A DNA stretch of 7,996 bases, taken from NCBI RefSeq assembly GCF_006345805.1, contig NW_021828629.1, positions 1-7,996 of the forward strand, given 5' to 3'. The position numbers and the translations under genes were made by a program. Positions 7,716-7,996 of the stretch are shown piece after piece. The notes under the pieces are model-generated. The model did not search any database, was not told the origin of the DNA, and was given only the letters and a program-made list of their open reading frames with translations. Every line of letters starts with the position of its first letter. The stretch's first letter is position 1. This DNA comes from Octopus sinensis. Taxonomy: Eukaryota.

Positions 7716-7818
7716 CCGATAACGATAGCAAGTGACGCCATTTATCGATTAAAGTATAAAATGCATTAATTTTTTTCTCACATTTCCTGGTGTATGTTTT
7801 TACAATATAATTAGTTAA

Positions 7819-7996
7819 GGCAGCGAGCTGGCAGAAACGTTAGCATGTCGGGCGAAATGCGTAGCCGTATTTCGTCTGCCGTTACGTTCTGAGTTCAAAT
7901 TCCGCCGAGGTCGACTTTGCCTTTCATCCTTTCGGAGTCGATTAAATAAGTACCAGTTACGCACTGGGGTTCGATATAGTCGACTTAATCCGTTTG
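7819..7996 (+). mobile_element. tRNA-derived SINE, family A copy 4 (runs off the window end)
   Basis: GGCAGCGAGCTGGCAGAAACGTTAGC head, B box GAGTTCAAATTCC 7891-7903, body GTCGACTTTGCCTTTCATCCTTTCGGAGTCGATTAAATAAGTACCAG. Homologous to three other copies in the window. Confidence 0.93.

Overview
AT-rich eukaryotic non-coding DNA, most likely intronic or intergenic sequence from a cephalopod (Octopus-like). That assignment comes from recalled SINE families and the microsatellite density, not from a search. No intact protein-coding gene is present, and the supplied ORFs are microsatellite or repeat artefacts. The window is a mosaic of long microsatellites; a decayed mariner transposase (~1330-1997) joined directly and in frame to a decayed Ty3/Gypsy integrase, followed by a duplicated PPT and an LTR (~1998-3249); and several tRNA-derived SINE copies (5390-7996), three of them in alternating orientation. 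The most notable signal is a well-formed type I hammerhead ribozyme fold at 3673-3720, with intact CUGAUGA/GAAA/UH core and a perfect 7-bp stem I, lying inside an imperfect inverted repeat. A second, minimal Penelope-type hammerhead-like motif with a core substitution lies at 873-910.
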